This document shows positions 1 through 9,766 of a DNA stretch of 64,000 nt, one piece after another. Numbering within the stretch: the stretch's first letter is position 1; each line of letters begins with the position of its first letter. The DNA is from a virus. A program made the translations under genes and the position numbers. The notes beneath the pieces were generated by a model. The model did not search any database and was not told where the DNA came from. It worked only from the letters and a program-made list of their open reading frames with translations. Location: the IMG/VR virus record IMGVR_UViG_3300043448_000837, positions 50,041-114,040 of that record. One strand, written 5' to 3'.

Positions 1-518
1 CGCGCGAAGCCGCAGAAGTAACGACCTTCCAGTTGGCCATGAGGTTTTTCAACTACGTAATCTTCAATCACGGTAGCCAGCTGCAGGTTTCGCGGACTCA
101 GTGATTTGTGCAGGAAGGTGAAATAAACTGAATTGTCAAGATCTGAACTCAGCAGAACTCGTTCTGCAATTGGCATTACCCCTTGATAGTAGTTGTCCCC
201 AAACAATACGGTAAACGGTCCGTCAATCACACCGGCCCACGTTGTAATGGCAGCGCCAGGACCATAGGTGTCTTCACTCTGGAAGCGCACGATCGGATCA
301 CAAATCTTTGATACTTCGTCAAGAACCGGGTGGTAGATCCGTGTCCCGTCCGTTTTCACTGCCGACCTTGAAAGTGTCAGGTAAATGTTCTCGGCTCCGT
401 TATCCAGAGCGAACAGTGCCGCCAAGTAGGGAAGCGACATGCCATCAAACTTCTCCTCAAGTTTATTTCGGCCGAACCGAGTGCTACGACCGGCAGCAAG
501 AATGAGTGCGTTCTTCAT
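1..518 (-). CDS. Sugar/NTP nucleotidyltransferase (GT-A NTP_transferase family), 3' end runs off the window
   Basis: Manual translation from ATG at 518 gives MKNALILAAGRSTRFGRNK...FTVLFGDNYY, with the LAAG-x-S-T-R-F signature. It has an ATGA overlap with the upstream gene and is absent from the ORF track because it is truncated. Confidence 0.8.
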   Translation of the reverse strand, partial: MKNALILAAGRSTRFGRNKLEEKFDGMSLPYLAALFALDNGAENIYLTLSRSAVKTDGTRIYHPVLDEVSKICDPIVRFQSEDTYGPGAAITTWAGVIDGPFTVLFGDNYYQGVMPIAERVLLSSDLDNSVYFTFLHKSLSPRNLQLATVIEDYVVEKPHGQLEGRYFCGFA

Positions 519-871
519 TGTGCGATTTCTTTGTATTTTGCGGAGAACTGAGCGGGTGTCACCGCTTTGTCGTCAACGTAGTACGCCGCCCACGGTTTTC
601 CAATCTGAATGGAATCGTAAGGCACATCGTATTTAGTGCAGAATTTTTCGATTTCCTCGATAACTTCTTGCCTCACACTTTCGATATTTCCGTTTGAGCG
701 CCCCATTCCACGAGCCGTATGAAGAATAATCGTCCACCCTGCCTCCTTCATTGCTCGCATACCCGTGATAACTTCCATCTTTGGGCGCGAGTTCTCGTAG
801 TCCCTGTTTACCGTGATAAGGATTGTGTCGTCAACGTCGAAGACAATGGTTTTCTTTGGGTCGGGAATCAT
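515..871 (-). CDS. HAD-family phosphatase (capsule-biosynthesis EcbF/BcbF-like)
   Basis: Motifs DVDDT, HTARG and GKP...YVDDKA. Confidence 0.8.
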   Translation of the reverse strand: MIPDPKKTIVFDVDDTILITVNRDYENSRPKMEVITGMRAMKEAGWTIILHTARGMGRSNGNIESVRQEVIEEIEKFCTKYDVPYDSIQIGKPWAAYYVDDKAVTPAQFSAKYKEIAQ

Positions 872-942
872 AGAGAGTCAGGAGCTGATCTAAACATAGG
901 TCGCGAGAGCTGCAAGTAAAGGGCGGAAACCCGCCCAGTTTC

Positions 943-1767
943 TCACACAGGAATGACTTCTGTCGTCAGAGTTTTTAGGCGAATCTCAGCGTATCGAGAA
1001 AGCCACTCGTCCTTCGTCCGTCTGGTCTTAGGTGTTGCCAGCTCAGAGAACTCAGCGCAGATTCGCTCAACCGTCTCGTTGTTGGTTTGAAGTTTCCGTT
1101 CCAGGTCTTCGCAAGTGCCACCACCACCGGTGTGTTGCTTTGCCTTGACGCAAACGTTGTCGAACCGTAGGGTTCCCTTTCCGTGCACAGTGTGGTACAG
1201 CGACAGGAAGTAATCGTCTTTCATGCTGTACTCCGTGATTCGATCAAACGCTGGGTCGCCAGCGTAGAAACCGAAGGCGTGGCCCATAATGAACTTAAGA
1301 CCCACGGTGATCTTAGGGTGGAGGAAGCCTTTGTTACGCACTGCGTAGAAACCCCAGAGGCCGACATCTCGTCGCCCGCTCATTCGAAACCCTCGCTCAA
1401 TCAGCTCGGACATATTTTCCACCGAGTTTAGGCGGCTCGGGTGGTCCAGCGGCTTTTGCGTCCCGGTCAGCGGGGCAAGCAGTTCGAGTTCCTCAACGGC
1501 GCTAACATCGTCGTCAAATGAAAAAACAGCTGTTCCCTTGTCGTAATAGTTGGAAATGAAGCGACGTTGATTCGTCAATCCTTTCTCACCAACAACAATC
1601 TTGTACTGCGGGTTTGAACTTTGATATTTTTCCAACTCCTGGTCGTTGGCCACGAACAAAGTCACTCGGGACAGATCGACGTCGGTTTTTTCAAGATAAT
1701 TCAGAGTCAGTTTTCGGACGCCGTCTGGGCGCCCGTAAGTTGGTATGGCAATCTGGTAATCAAGCAT
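943..1767 (-). CDS. TET-associated glycosyltransferase (TAGT/GREB1-like, GT-A fold)
   Basis: Start reassigned to MLDYQIAIPTYGR. Has IPTYGR, FDDD, KDDY and GGG motifs, and overlaps the stop of the TET-like gene. Confidence 0.75.
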   Translation of the reverse strand: MLDYQIAIPTYGRPDGVRKLTLNYLEKTDVDLSRVTLFVANDQELEKYQSSNPQYKIVVGEKGLTNQRRFISNYYDKGTAVFSFDDDVSAVEELELLAPLTGTQKPLDHPSRLNSVENMSELIERGFRMSGRRDVGLWGFYAVRNKGFLHPKITVGLKFIMGHAFGFYAGDPAFDRITEYSMKDDYFLSLYHTVHGKGTLRFDNVCVKAKQHTGGGGTCEDLERKLQTNNETVERICAEFSELATPKTRRTKDEWLSRYAEIRLKTLTTEVIPV

Positions 1768-3124
1768 TGGGAGTAACGTCGGGTTGTCCTTTGATGTTGG
1801 TGTTGGAGCAGCGCTCCATCTTTTGAAGCTTCTTGTACTCATCCCACTCAGGGCTGCACCACATTCCGGGGAAGGAACCGTTCCACTTCGGCTCACCTGT
1901 TCCTCGCTCAGGGTGGTTGGTTGTAACCCATTCCATGAAGGATCGTCGGCAAGCTTCACATTCCAGGTCATCCAGGGTAACGATTGCGTCCCGTGAGTAA
2001 AACACAAGAACAAGGTTCTCAGCATCCTCGCTCAGTGGAACGAATGGAGTTTGACCGTGAACAAAGCCCTGGTTGTCTCCAATCAGAATGTCACCGTGGC
2101 GCATGTGGAAACCAAGGCCAAGTTGAGGCATCACAAAGTCAACGCCATCGTAGGAACCCCGGTCCATACAAACGAGAGCGGCCACAGCGTCCTTTGCGTT
2201 CTGACCGTCGTAATGCCAGCAGGTGGAAAAGTTGTAGTTACAGGTGATTGAGGAGAAGACCGTGTCAAACAGGCTGTAACGGGTATCTGCGATATCCTTG
2301 TACCTATTTCGCAGGATCCCCCACTCCCTCGGAAAGAGGTCTTTTGTCAGAGAATCAACTTCCTTGTAGAAAGGTGCGAAAGAAGCGAAGTCGTCGTACC
2401 GCTCCATCGTCGGGGCAGTCAACCGGGCAAAGGGTGTTCTCCCTGAGCGAGTGATTGTGCCTAGAACGGCTGAGAAAACTTTCTGCCCCCGAGGTTGCTT
2501 CGTTACGTAACGTGCTTTCCCTGCGATCGCAGCCGCTTTCCGGTCCCCAGAGGGAGCCCACTCTCGAACCAACCAATTGTCGAACCACGCCAGTTTGGCA
2601 GCATTTCTGTTCAAGATGGCCGTCTGTTTCAGGTCAAACGGCGTGCTCTTTTTTCGGACGAGGCTGTCCCACTTTTCAATCTCGTCGAGATCCACTAAAC
2701 CATCCGTTTCGACTTTTCCTACAAAGTAGGTTGTTCTAGAAACGCGAGTATCAGCGGCGACGATTGCTCTGGCTTCTTCCAAGTCGGCCACAAGGCCCTT
2801 CACAGCCTTACTGAAGAACACTTTCTGACCTTCGGTTAGCCGGATTTCCACGTTCGTGGTGATTTCCGAACCAGCGGCGTTCCCGCGTTGATCTGACAGA
2901 AGGGACTTACAGGCCCAGCGCCAGTACTCAAATTCTTTGCTGTTGGGTCGGATATTGGCTGCTGCTTTCAGACCTTTTTTGCGAAAAGCGACGGCAAGTG
3001 AACCATCGGGGCGGTACACGTTGCAATCTTCATCGATAAGTTCAAGGAAATCCGTCGATGAAGGCACTCCACCAAGTCGTTTGTCGTCAAACGGAACTAG
3101 CGCGTCTAAGTAAATTTCTCTCAT
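1760..3124 (-). CDS. TET/JBP-family 2OG-Fe(II) dioxygenase
   Basis: Iron and 2OG ligands N-x-N...WHYD (HxD), FVHGQTP (H) and LVFYSR (R); sits beside a glycosyltransferase. Confidence 0.8.
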   Translation of the reverse strand: MREIYLDALVPFDDKRLGGVPSSTDFLELIDEDCNVYRPDGSLAVAFRKKGLKAAANIRPNSKEFEYWRWACKSLLSDQRGNAAGSEITTNVEIRLTEGQKVFFSKAVKGLVADLEEARAIVAADTRVSRTTYFVGKVETDGLVDLDEIEKWDSLVRKKSTPFDLKQTAILNRNAAKLAWFDNWLVREWAPSGDRKAAAIAGKARYVTKQPRGQKVFSAVLGTITRSGRTPFARLTAPTMERYDDFASFAPFYKEVDSLTKDLFPREWGILRNRYKDIADTRYSLFDTVFSSITCNYNFSTCWHYDGQNAKDAVAALVCMDRGSYDGVDFVMPQLGLGFHMRHGDILIGDNQGFVHGQTPFVPLSEDAENLVLVFYSRDAIVTLDDLECEACRRSFMEWVTTNHPERGTGEPKWNGSFPGMWCSPEWDEYKKLQKMERCSNTNIKGQPDVTPNA

Positions 3125-3235
3125 GATGTTTAAGGAGTAACCTCACAGTTTTACCCACCTCATTATAACGGTTCGGGTCAGCGGTAAGCAAAATAAAAGG
3201 CGGTTTCCCGCCCATCCGACCAACAAGTTAAGGTC

Positions 3236-3850
3236 TTACTGCGTGTATTCGCAGAGGATATCGGACTCTTGGTCAAAGGCGCAGTTGAGCAATTTTCGCA
3301 TTTGGCGGGCGACATCAAGGTCTTTACCGAGGTAAAGAGTCGTTTTCAGAAGGTCGCTGTACACAACCGGTTGCTCTTTGGTGATTTCCTCGTCATAGAA
3401 GTTGACTCGGTAAGCAACGCCATTTGATTCGCAAAGTTCGTTTATTCGCTTTGCGTGCAGAATGAAATTCTCTCCGTGACCCTTGATTCCATCATCAAGA
3501 TTCTTCATGTCGAGATAAGCGTGAAGCATCTCGTGAAGCAAGGTGCTGCGAACTTCCAGGGGATCTTTCGCAGCGTGGCGGGCGAGTTTGATTTCCCCAG
3601 TTCCTCCGTTATTTGGCTTGTAAGTCCCCCACTTAGTTCTGTAACGACCTTCCCACTTGAGACGCGGATACGAGTTCCAGGTCTCTCCGTTTTCGTCGGT
3701 GCGAGAGACAACCTTGGGGACCGGGAGTTCTCCGTTGAAATACTTCGCATTGAACTCGGCGTACAACTCGCCAAGGTCATAAATCGCGCAAGGGTTGGGG
3801 CAGAACCGTTCAAGAAACGAGTTTGAAACTACCGTTTTGAATTCCGTCAT
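3236..3850 (-). CDS. SprT-like zinc metalloprotease
   Basis: FNAKYFNGELP...TLLHEMLH...GHGENF; likely start MTEFK at 3850. Confidence 0.8.
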   Translation of the reverse strand: MTEFKTVVSNSFLERFCPNPCAIYDLGELYAEFNAKYFNGELPVPKVVSRTDENGETWNSYPRLKWEGRYRTKWGTYKPNNGGTGEIKLARHAAKDPLEVRSTLLHEMLHAYLDMKNLDDGIKGHGENFILHAKRINELCESNGVAYRVNFYDEEITKEQPVVYSDLLKTTLYLGKDLDVARQMRKLLNCAFDQESDILCEYTQ

Positions 3851-4092
3851 CAGTCGCGAGCGGAGTGGATGGACTCGTTGATCTTCGCGGCGTAGGCCGT
3901 GGGGCTCATGCCGGTGACGGCGGACCTCCACTCCAGGAAGGCCACCTCGGCCCGGTCGCAGAGGTCTTCGTACTTGGCGATGGCATGCGGTGCCCAGGGG
4001 CTGGCCATGGCACCCTGCTTGTGGTAGAAGGCCAGCTTGACCTGGGTGGCTTCTTCGTAGAGGGCTTTGAGTTGGGTTTGAACGTCTTTCAT
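3850..4092 (-). CDS. hypothetical early protein (leaderless)
   Basis: ORF whose ATG lies 6 nt after the cassette -10 box. Confidence 0.65.
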   Translation of the reverse strand: MKDVQTQLKALYEEATQVKLAFYHKQGAMASPWAPHAIAKYEDLCDRAEVAFLEWRSAVTGMSPTAYAAKINESIHSARD

Positions 4093-4164
4093 GCTTTAAT
4101 TATGGCTCATTTTGTCGCGTTTGTAAAGGGGGCAAACCGCCCTCCCAGGTACGGTTAACCGCCC
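4093..4164 (-). promoter_or_regulatory. Early promoter cassette, copy
   Basis: GGGCGGTTAACCGTACCTGGGAGGGCGGTTTGCCCCC-TTTACA-N17-CATAAT-N6-ATG. Confidence 0.85.
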
Positions 4165-4416
4165 TCACATCCACCAGCCGATCTCGCGATCGCCATTCAT
4201 TTGCTCCAGCTGGTAATCGTGGAAGGTTTCGCAAACGTATTCAACAGTAGCGTTATCCGGCAGTTCGTCGCGGCAGATTACGTACACTTCGTTGTAAAGA
4301 TTGTCAAAGGCTTCTTTGTCACCATCGTAACCGGCGTAGCAGCAATCGTTGAGAAGCTCCTTGTGAAGCTGAAAGCTGGCGGCGAGGGCTTTCTGGGAGA
4401 GGTCGGTTTTCTTCAT
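4165..4416 (-). CDS. hypothetical early protein (leaderless)
   Basis: ORF exactly bounded by two cassette copies. Confidence 0.7.
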   Translation of the reverse strand: MKKTDLSQKALAASFQLHKELLNDCCYAGYDGDKEAFDNLYNEVYVICRDELPDNATVEYVCETFHDYQLEQMNGDREIGWWM

Positions 4417-4488
4417 GTAATTACTATAGCGCCTTTTGCCCGTTTTCGAAAGGGGGGCAAACCGCCCTCCCAGGTACGGTTAACCGCC
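4417..4488 (-). promoter_or_regulatory. Early promoter cassette, copy
   Basis: Same upstream repeat; TTTCGA-N17-TATAGT-N6-ATG. Confidence 0.85.
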
Positions 4489-4716
4489 CTAGTCCAGCTT
4501 GGATTCAGGTTCGTTAAACTGGTCGAGCAATTCGGGGGCGTAATCTTCAGCCAGGTCCCACAGATCCGTCCAATCTTGCCAAACTGTTTGCTCGTAGTGC
4601 AGATCCCAAACAATCTGACGAAGCTGCTCTAACGTCAACTGGGAGACCAATCCGTCTACGATCGCGGAAACAACCTCTTCGCGATCTTCTTCAATCCACT
4701 CAGTAGGACGATTCAT
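4489..4716 (-). CDS. hypothetical protein
   Basis: ORF translationally coupled in the operon. Confidence 0.65.
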   Translation of the reverse strand: MNRPTEWIEEDREEVVSAIVDGLVSQLTLEQLRQIVWDLHYEQTVWQDWTDLWDLAEDYAPELLDQFNEPESKLD

Positions 4717-5000
4717 ACCACTCCGTAGTCGACACGAGATTGTTGCATCAGGGCAACTTTGTACAGAATCAGGTACCCGATCAGGTCAGAAGTTACATCC
4801 TCGTCTTCATCCTCTTGGGCGTTTCTCAGCCGGGAAAGTTTATCATCTAGACGAACTTTGATCTGCTCAAGGGTGCTTGCTTTGCTGAAGACTCGGACCG
4901 GGCGCAAAGCCGAGTCCCCGTATTTACGGTTCTTTTCAAGAAGCAACTCACGTATTTCATCGCAAACTTGGGCAATGTCTTGTTGAGACTGAGTGATCAT
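4713..5000 (-). CDS. DUF1599 / nucleotide-modification-associated domain 1 protein
   Basis: LLEKNRKYGDS...VRLDDKLSRL...DLIGYLIL. Confidence 0.7.
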   Translation of the reverse strand: MITQSQQDIAQVCDEIRELLLEKNRKYGDSALRPVRVFSKASTLEQIKVRLDDKLSRLRNAQEDEDEDVTSDLIGYLILYKVALMQQSRVDYGVV

Positions 5001-5136
5001 GATTGGGGCAGAATTGAACGGTAGTACGCTTGGTAGCGGGCGAATCTGTGCACGGAGGGTTCAAACCCGAGCGACCAGCAACATTCACAGTACGAGAGAA
5101 ACTCAAACCACGGAGTTGTCGGGTCGAGGGCAGGCA

Positions 5137-5349
5137 TCACAGTTTTCCACCAACCACGCTATCATAGCTTTTGCTACTGTCGGGAAAACCGTCTTGCTCG
5201 GCTTTGAGGTACCACCGTGTTGCTTCAACGCACTGTTCCTCAGTCAGGGAAGTTAGGAGCTCTCTTCCGCTTTTGTGCATGGACACGAAAGTGCCCCAGC
5301 GTTGTTTCTTGATGTAGAAACAATCGTCAATCAGTGTTTGCTCAATCAT
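5137..5349 (-). CDS. conserved cyanophage hypothetical protein
   Basis: ORF ending YDSVVGGKL; coupled to its neighbour. Confidence 0.65.
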   Translation of the reverse strand: MIEQTLIDDCFYIKKQRWGTFVSMHKSGRELLTSLTEEQCVEATRWYLKAEQDGFPDSSKSYDSVVGGKL

Positions 5350-5659
5350 GCTGTAACCAATCGTTTTCTTTATCTTGCCGGAACCATTCGGCCAAGTCCA
5401 CCGGGTTTTGCGGCCCGATAAGGTGGTTGGAAGGGTCGGGGTCGCCCAAATCCATTACATCAAGAAGTTCGTCAAGGGAGCCTTTCTCGGGCTCGCCGTT
5501 GATTGCTCGGCGCCGTGCTCTCCTCAGAATTTCAGCAGCCGAGCGGTTCGCATTCGCCCACTTCTGGGCAAATTGCATTTCTTCGAAGGAAACGCTCAAG
5601 CCACCCGAAATTCGAGCGGCAATGTCTTCTAGGCGAATCCGTGTTTGAGTTGAGAGCAT
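5342..5659 (-). CDS. conserved cyanophage hypothetical protein
   Basis: MLSTQTRIRLE...LGDPDPSNH type ORF. Confidence 0.7.
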   Translation of the reverse strand: MLSTQTRIRLEDIAARISGGLSVSFEEMQFAQKWANANRSAAEILRRARRRAINGEPEKGSLDELLDVMDLGDPDPSNHLIGPQNPVDLAEWFRQDKENDWLQHD

Positions 5660-5687
5660 TTTACTTTTCCCGTTGGATAATTTTACC

Positions 5688-5969
5688 TCACCTGCCGTGT
5701 TTGTTGATCGTGTCCCTCCAGAAATCGGATGTCATTTCCTGAGAGCCTGTCATTTTGGCAACGGGCACGCCATCAACCAGTGCGATAAGAGTTGGAGTCG
5801 CTTCAACTTCGCACTGTTTTGCAAACTCGGACCACTCTCCGTTCTCTTTGGCGGTGGTAATAGTAACGACACTTTCCCAGTTGGGAACCTTCTTCAGTTG
5901 TGTTTCGGCGTACATACAGGGTCGGCACCCTTCTTGTACGAATAGGTGGATTTCAGTACCGATAGCCAT
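5688..5969 (-). CDS. Thioredoxin/glutaredoxin-like protein
   Basis: CRPC active site and TPTL cis-Pro motif. Confidence 0.75.
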   Translation of the reverse strand: MAIGTEIHLFVQEGCRPCMYAETQLKKVPNWESVVTITTAKENGEWSEFAKQCEVEATPTLIALVDGVPVAKMTGSQEMTSDFWRDTINKHGR

Positions 5970-6174
5970 GGTAGTTGCAAGAGGGGCAGTGGACGTTGTA
6001 CTGGGGCGGATAAGATGTCAGCATGACACTTGGGCTCGAATCCCACAGTTCGTTTCCGCAAAGTGGGCACGCGATGCCATTCGGTGCGGGGGATCCCCAC
6101 CGAGCTCGCTGAACTTCAAAGTTGTGCTCTTCCAGGGACTTGAGATTGTTGAGTTTGGTCATGTCAACCTCCAA
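5953..6174 (-). CDS. small Zn-ribbon protein
   Basis: CPLC...CPSC. Confidence 0.55.
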   Translation of the reverse strand: MEVDMTKLNNLKSLEEHNFEVQRARWGSPAPNGIACPLCGNELWDSSPSVMLTSYPPQYNVHCPSCNYHGYRY

Positions 6175-6808
6175 CGTCTCCGCTCACAACGACGGGCTCC
6201 ACATCGCCACAGAGGACCTCGACCTCAATTCGGCCCATGATACTCAGGACATGGTCTCTCACCCGCTCTCTCGTTTCCTTTGTGAATCCCTCGTAGTTGG
6301 AAATCCTCAAACTCTTGTTGAGCGTGTCAGCGATCACCATCAAGTCACCGGCGGATAGTTTCATTGTTACTCCTCCCTCACAACTACAAAGTGGCGTTGC
6401 GCCTCTGCGGGCAACTGATCGTAAACTTTCTGCTCGTCTCGCAGGGACTTATTCCAGGCTTGCACCATCAGCAGGTAAATGCAGAGGGAGAGTTCATACG
6501 TGGTAATGTCAGGTTTGGGGCGATACTTGAAACTTCGCCCATCCTCAAGCGCCTCCTGCAGGGAGGTATCCCCAAAGAAGTGAGCGAAGAAGTTAGCGGT
6601 GGCGCGATCGGTGTCAGTCATTGCTATCAGTGTGAAGACGCCAGTTTACATCACGAGCGGTTGGAATCTTGAGAGCCATCCGCAGCGTGTTGTTTTCGTG
6701 AATCAGCAGCTTGACCATGTCGAGCGTTGTAACCTCGCACTCGGGAAACTGCTTGCCCACTTCGTGAGCGATTCGCATGTATTCGGTTTTGTAGTCAAGT
6801 TCAATCAT
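6164..6808 (-). other. three small coupled hypothetical ORFs (6164-6364, 6367-6621, 6614-6808)
   Basis: Overlapping start/stop codons on the same strand. Confidence 0.55.
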
Positions 6809-7161
6809 TCGGGCAAAGCCTCCAGTGCGCGGCGGATGTTGGCAAGATCTTTCATCTGGTCACTGAAGAATTCTCCCGTTGCTACAAGGCGTTTGAGTCC
6901 CTCCAGTGCTACCTCCTTCAAGCTCGGTGGCCTTGGACGGCGATAGTTGTAGAACTCAATCACATCTTCTTCCTCCCACCCAGCACACTGCTTGAGGTAA
7001 TTTCCGCAAGCCAGTAGCTCCTGATCTGCGCCCCATTGGGCGGCACTGGCAGCCAAGTGCAGATCGCTTTGCGCTACTCGCACTGGCGTGCCTTCATGCC
7101 AGATCTCGCCAATCCATTTCTCTACGATCTCCGGCGGTGGGGTAAGTTTGGGGTCAGTCAC
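6805..7161 (-). CDS. paralogous family A protein (TPPPE...AAQWGADQEL...RRPxPPSLKE)
   Basis: GTG start inferred; paralogues at 11747 and 22636. Confidence 0.7.
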   Translation of the reverse strand: MTDPKLTPPPEIVEKWIGEIWHEGTPVRVAQSDLHLAASAAQWGADQELLACGNYLKQCAGWEEEDVIEFYNYRRPRPPSLKEVALEGLKRLVATGEFFSDQMKDLANIRRALEALPE

Positions 7162-7345
7162 TACATGCCTCCTCTCGAAGTTCAGTTGTAATCCAATCAA
7201 TCTGAGGACCAAACGCCTCCTCCAACCATATCGCCACTTCTCGAATAGCAGCGCGAGCTTCCGGTTGGCCAGTAGTTTTTGAACGTGCGTATTCAACGTA
7301 GATTGCGTGTTGAACCCGATTCACTAACGAGTCGTAGTCACTCAT
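7154..7345 (-). CDS. hypothetical protein
   Basis: Start MSDYDS; coupled to neighbours. Confidence 0.55.
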   Translation of the reverse strand: MSDYDSLVNRVQHAIYVEYARSKTTGQPEARAAIREVAIWLEEAFGPQIDWITTELREEACSD

Positions 7346-7946
7346 TTCCCGAACCCTCACCTCCCTTCAGTGCCATGAAGGCGTCCCTGAACCCCCACCA
7401 TCGCATTTCGTACTCCCCGGCCCCCCACTCACCATACTTTTCGTAGTAGGCTTTCAAAGCCGGGGACAGTTCGTATTTCACGCAGTAGTCGTCGTACAAG
7501 TCAAAGACTTTGTTGATAGCGGCCTTGCAAGGATCATCCAGCTCGTACTCTTCGTGTTCTTCCACGAATTCCAGCATATCCTTAAGAGCCGCAACCTCAT
7601 CTTCGTTAAAACTGCAAGAAATCTCACCTTGCTCGTAACTCGGAATCAGTTCCGCCTCCAGCGCCTCGTCAGTCATGATTGGTTGCATATTTGCAAACAG
7701 GTGTTTAGCTACTTCTTTGCTTTGCTCTTTGATGTTTGCCTGGGCTCTTGCCATCGCGATTCCTTTGGCAAGGTAACCCCAGTCGCGCACTTCGGTGACG
7801 GGTTTCGTTTCACCGCAAACCTCACATTGCCCTTCATAGATGCTTGAGCACCCGACAGAATACTTGCCGTATGCTTGACCGCAATCTTTGCACACAACGT
7901 CGGCTTGGGTCAGCCTTGTGACTAGGTTTTCACTCAAGGGTTTCAT
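7338..7946 (-). CDS. hypothetical protein with N-terminal CxxC-CxxC
   Basis: 202-aa ORF. Confidence 0.65.
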   Translation of the reverse strand: MKPLSENLVTRLTQADVVCKDCGQAYGKYSVGCSSIYEGQCEVCGETKPVTEVRDWGYLAKGIAMARAQANIKEQSKEVAKHLFANMQPIMTDEALEAELIPSYEQGEISCSFNEDEVAALKDMLEFVEEHEEYELDDPCKAAINKVFDLYDDYCVKYELSPALKAYYEKYGEWGAGEYEMRWWGFRDAFMALKGGEGSGNE

Positions 7947-8346
7947 CTGCCTTGCTCCTGGTTTTGATTGTAATAGTAAGGAAAGAGTTCTCTCAGAATT
8001 GTGTCAACGGCGTTGTAGGTTTTACCTCCAATCTTGCAACTCTCAAGCTGGTAACGGCGAAGGAGTTGGTAAAGGGTACGGTACTCAGAGGGGGTCATAG
8101 TTTCTTTGTGCAGCGCACAGAAATTGGGCTCAGTCATTTCTTCTCCTTAAGCTTCAGGTAATTATACTCCGTGGCGCACTGTTTGGGTTGTTCGGTGCAG
8201 TAGATGATTCCGGCGTTTCTGCCACGTTCGATGTTACCTTTCTCTGGCAGAGTTGCGCCGATAGAAATTAACATTCCCGAAACCACAAGGACGATAAAGC
8301 ATGTCATAAATCCGACAAACACTGATTCTCCTTCTGTTCTTATCAT
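7943..8346 (-). other. two small hypothetical ORFs (7943-8137; 8134-8346 with a TM helix)
   Basis: ATGA overlaps. Confidence 0.55.
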
Positions 8347-8585
8347 TCTCCACCCTCCAGTTCGTCGGCGATGAGCTCCAGGGTGCTTGCGCGGATGTAC
8401 TCAACGCCGCCTATGAACTCAGTGTCTACCCGCCAATCGTTTGCAACAGCTCGCAGTGAAGCGGCGATAGTGGATGCCATCCGCGCTGCTTCATTGGAAA
8501 CGTCGCAAGGATTAAGGTCGTATTCCTTGCGTATAGCTGCTGCAAGCACCGCATGCGCGGCGGGGGAGAGTTCAATCATTGGCAC
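8343..8585 (-). CDS. paralogous family B protein (LSPAAxAVL...AAxLRA...IADELEG)
   Basis: Motif shared with 8572, 8978 and 11341. Confidence 0.65.
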   Translation of the reverse strand: MPMIELSPAAHAVLAAAIRKEYDLNPCDVSNEAARMASTIAASLRAVANDWRVDTEFIGGVEYIRASTLELIADELEGGE

Positions 8586-8778
8586 CCTCCAGCTCCTCGG
8601 CGATCAGGCGGATCTGGGAGGAATCCACAGCGCGGACACCAAGAACGTCGTAACCAAGTTGCTCGTCAAGGGCACGCAGTGCGGCGGCAAGAGCTTTGCG
8701 ATCGGTTTCGAACGAAGGCTCATTGTAAAGGCCAATTCGGTTGAAGGCAGTGTAAACTGCAAGAGCTTGAGAAGTCAT
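8572..8778 (-). CDS. paralogous family B protein
   Basis: LAAALRA...LIAEELEG. Confidence 0.65.
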   Translation of the reverse strand: MTSQALAVYTAFNRIGLYNEPSFETDRKALAAALRALDEQLGYDVLGVRAVDSSQIRLIAEELEGAND

Positions 8779-8978
8779 TCGGGCAAAATAAAGTCAATGT
8801 CGGAGGCGATTGCGTTGAGAATCGCGGTCTCTTCCCACAGAAGAGTGCCGTAGTCGCGGGAACCCTTCTCGCAGGCACGATTGCACTCGTGGGTCAGATT
8901 GTGCGCCTCGTTGCGAAGGGCTTGGATCACACGCTCCCAATCGGCGCGGCAGAGGGTGAAGGTGTACAAAGGTTCCAT
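8775..8978 (-). CDS. hypothetical protein
   Basis: Coupled ORF. Confidence 0.55.
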   Translation of the reverse strand: MEPLYTFTLCRADWERVIQALRNEAHNLTHECNRACEKGSRDYGTLLWEETAILNAIASDIDFILPE

Positions 8979-9256
8979 CAGTTGAAACCCTCCAGTTCGT
9001 CGGCGATGGCGAGGATTGCCTCACGGATTGAGTCACTTCTTGCCTCCATTCCTTGGTCCCACTCGATGTGGCCAGTGAATGAGGCATAGTCATCGGGTGC
9101 TACCTGATCAGCAGCAGCTCGCAGAGCGGCGGCCACTTCCAATCGCGTGCATTGAAAAGCAACGATTTCGGTTTCCGGGTGACAAACGGAAGTTGCTGCA
9201 TTCAGCACCGCCTGCGCGGCGGGAGAGAGAGTGGTCACAGCGGTTTCGTTTTCCAT
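8978..9256 (-). CDS. paralogous family B protein (leaderless)
   Basis: LSPAAQAVL...ILAIADELEG; ATG 6 nt after -10. Confidence 0.7.
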   Translation of the reverse strand: MENETAVTTLSPAAQAVLNAATSVCHPETEIVAFQCTRLEVAAALRAAADQVAPDDYASFTGHIEWDQGMEARSDSIREAILAIADELEGFN

Positions 9257-9329
9257 GAATTAACTATAGCGCCTTTTGCCCGTTTTCGAAAGGGGGGCAA
9301 ACCGCCCCATCAGGTAGGGGAAACCGTCC
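9257..9329 (-). promoter_or_regulatory. Early promoter cassette, copy
   Basis: TTTCGA-N17-TATAGT-N6-ATG. Confidence 0.8.
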
Positions 9330-9487
9330 CTCGGATGGGACCGTCGCCTTTGCCTTCCAGAGACTTTACAAGTAGCTCGGTGAACTTCTCTTGAGCCTCG
9401 GAATCGTACGCCATCATATTGCCGTTCAGCTCTCGAAGTAATTCGGTCAGATCCTTCCACTCCTCTTGCTCCATGTTTCGTCCTCAA

Positions 9488-9766
9488 TCAAAAAACATCG
9501 TTTGGTGTGAATACTAGGCTAGCGTCTGCTGCCCACTCCACGATTCTATCTCCCAAGTCAAGTGCTTCTTCCGGGGATAGAAGAATCTCCTCAAAGTCAC
9601 CATACTCAGATCGCCGCCCCAGAATATAGCGAGCAGCGTGTACAACTCGCTTCCAGAACGGTAACGGGCTTAGGTGTATTTCGATAAACAGGTCTTCGGT
9701 GTCCGAGGTAACTACGAGCGAATGCTGAATACTTCCGCAGCGGCAAAGGTATAGCGTTCGCTTCAT
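9488..9766 (-). CDS. hypothetical protein
   Basis: Coupled ORF. Confidence 0.6.
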   Translation of the reverse strand: MKRTLYLCRCGSIQHSLVVTSDTEDLFIEIHLSPLPFWKRVVHAARYILGRRSEYGDFEEILLSPEEALDLGDRIVEWAADASLVFTPNDVF

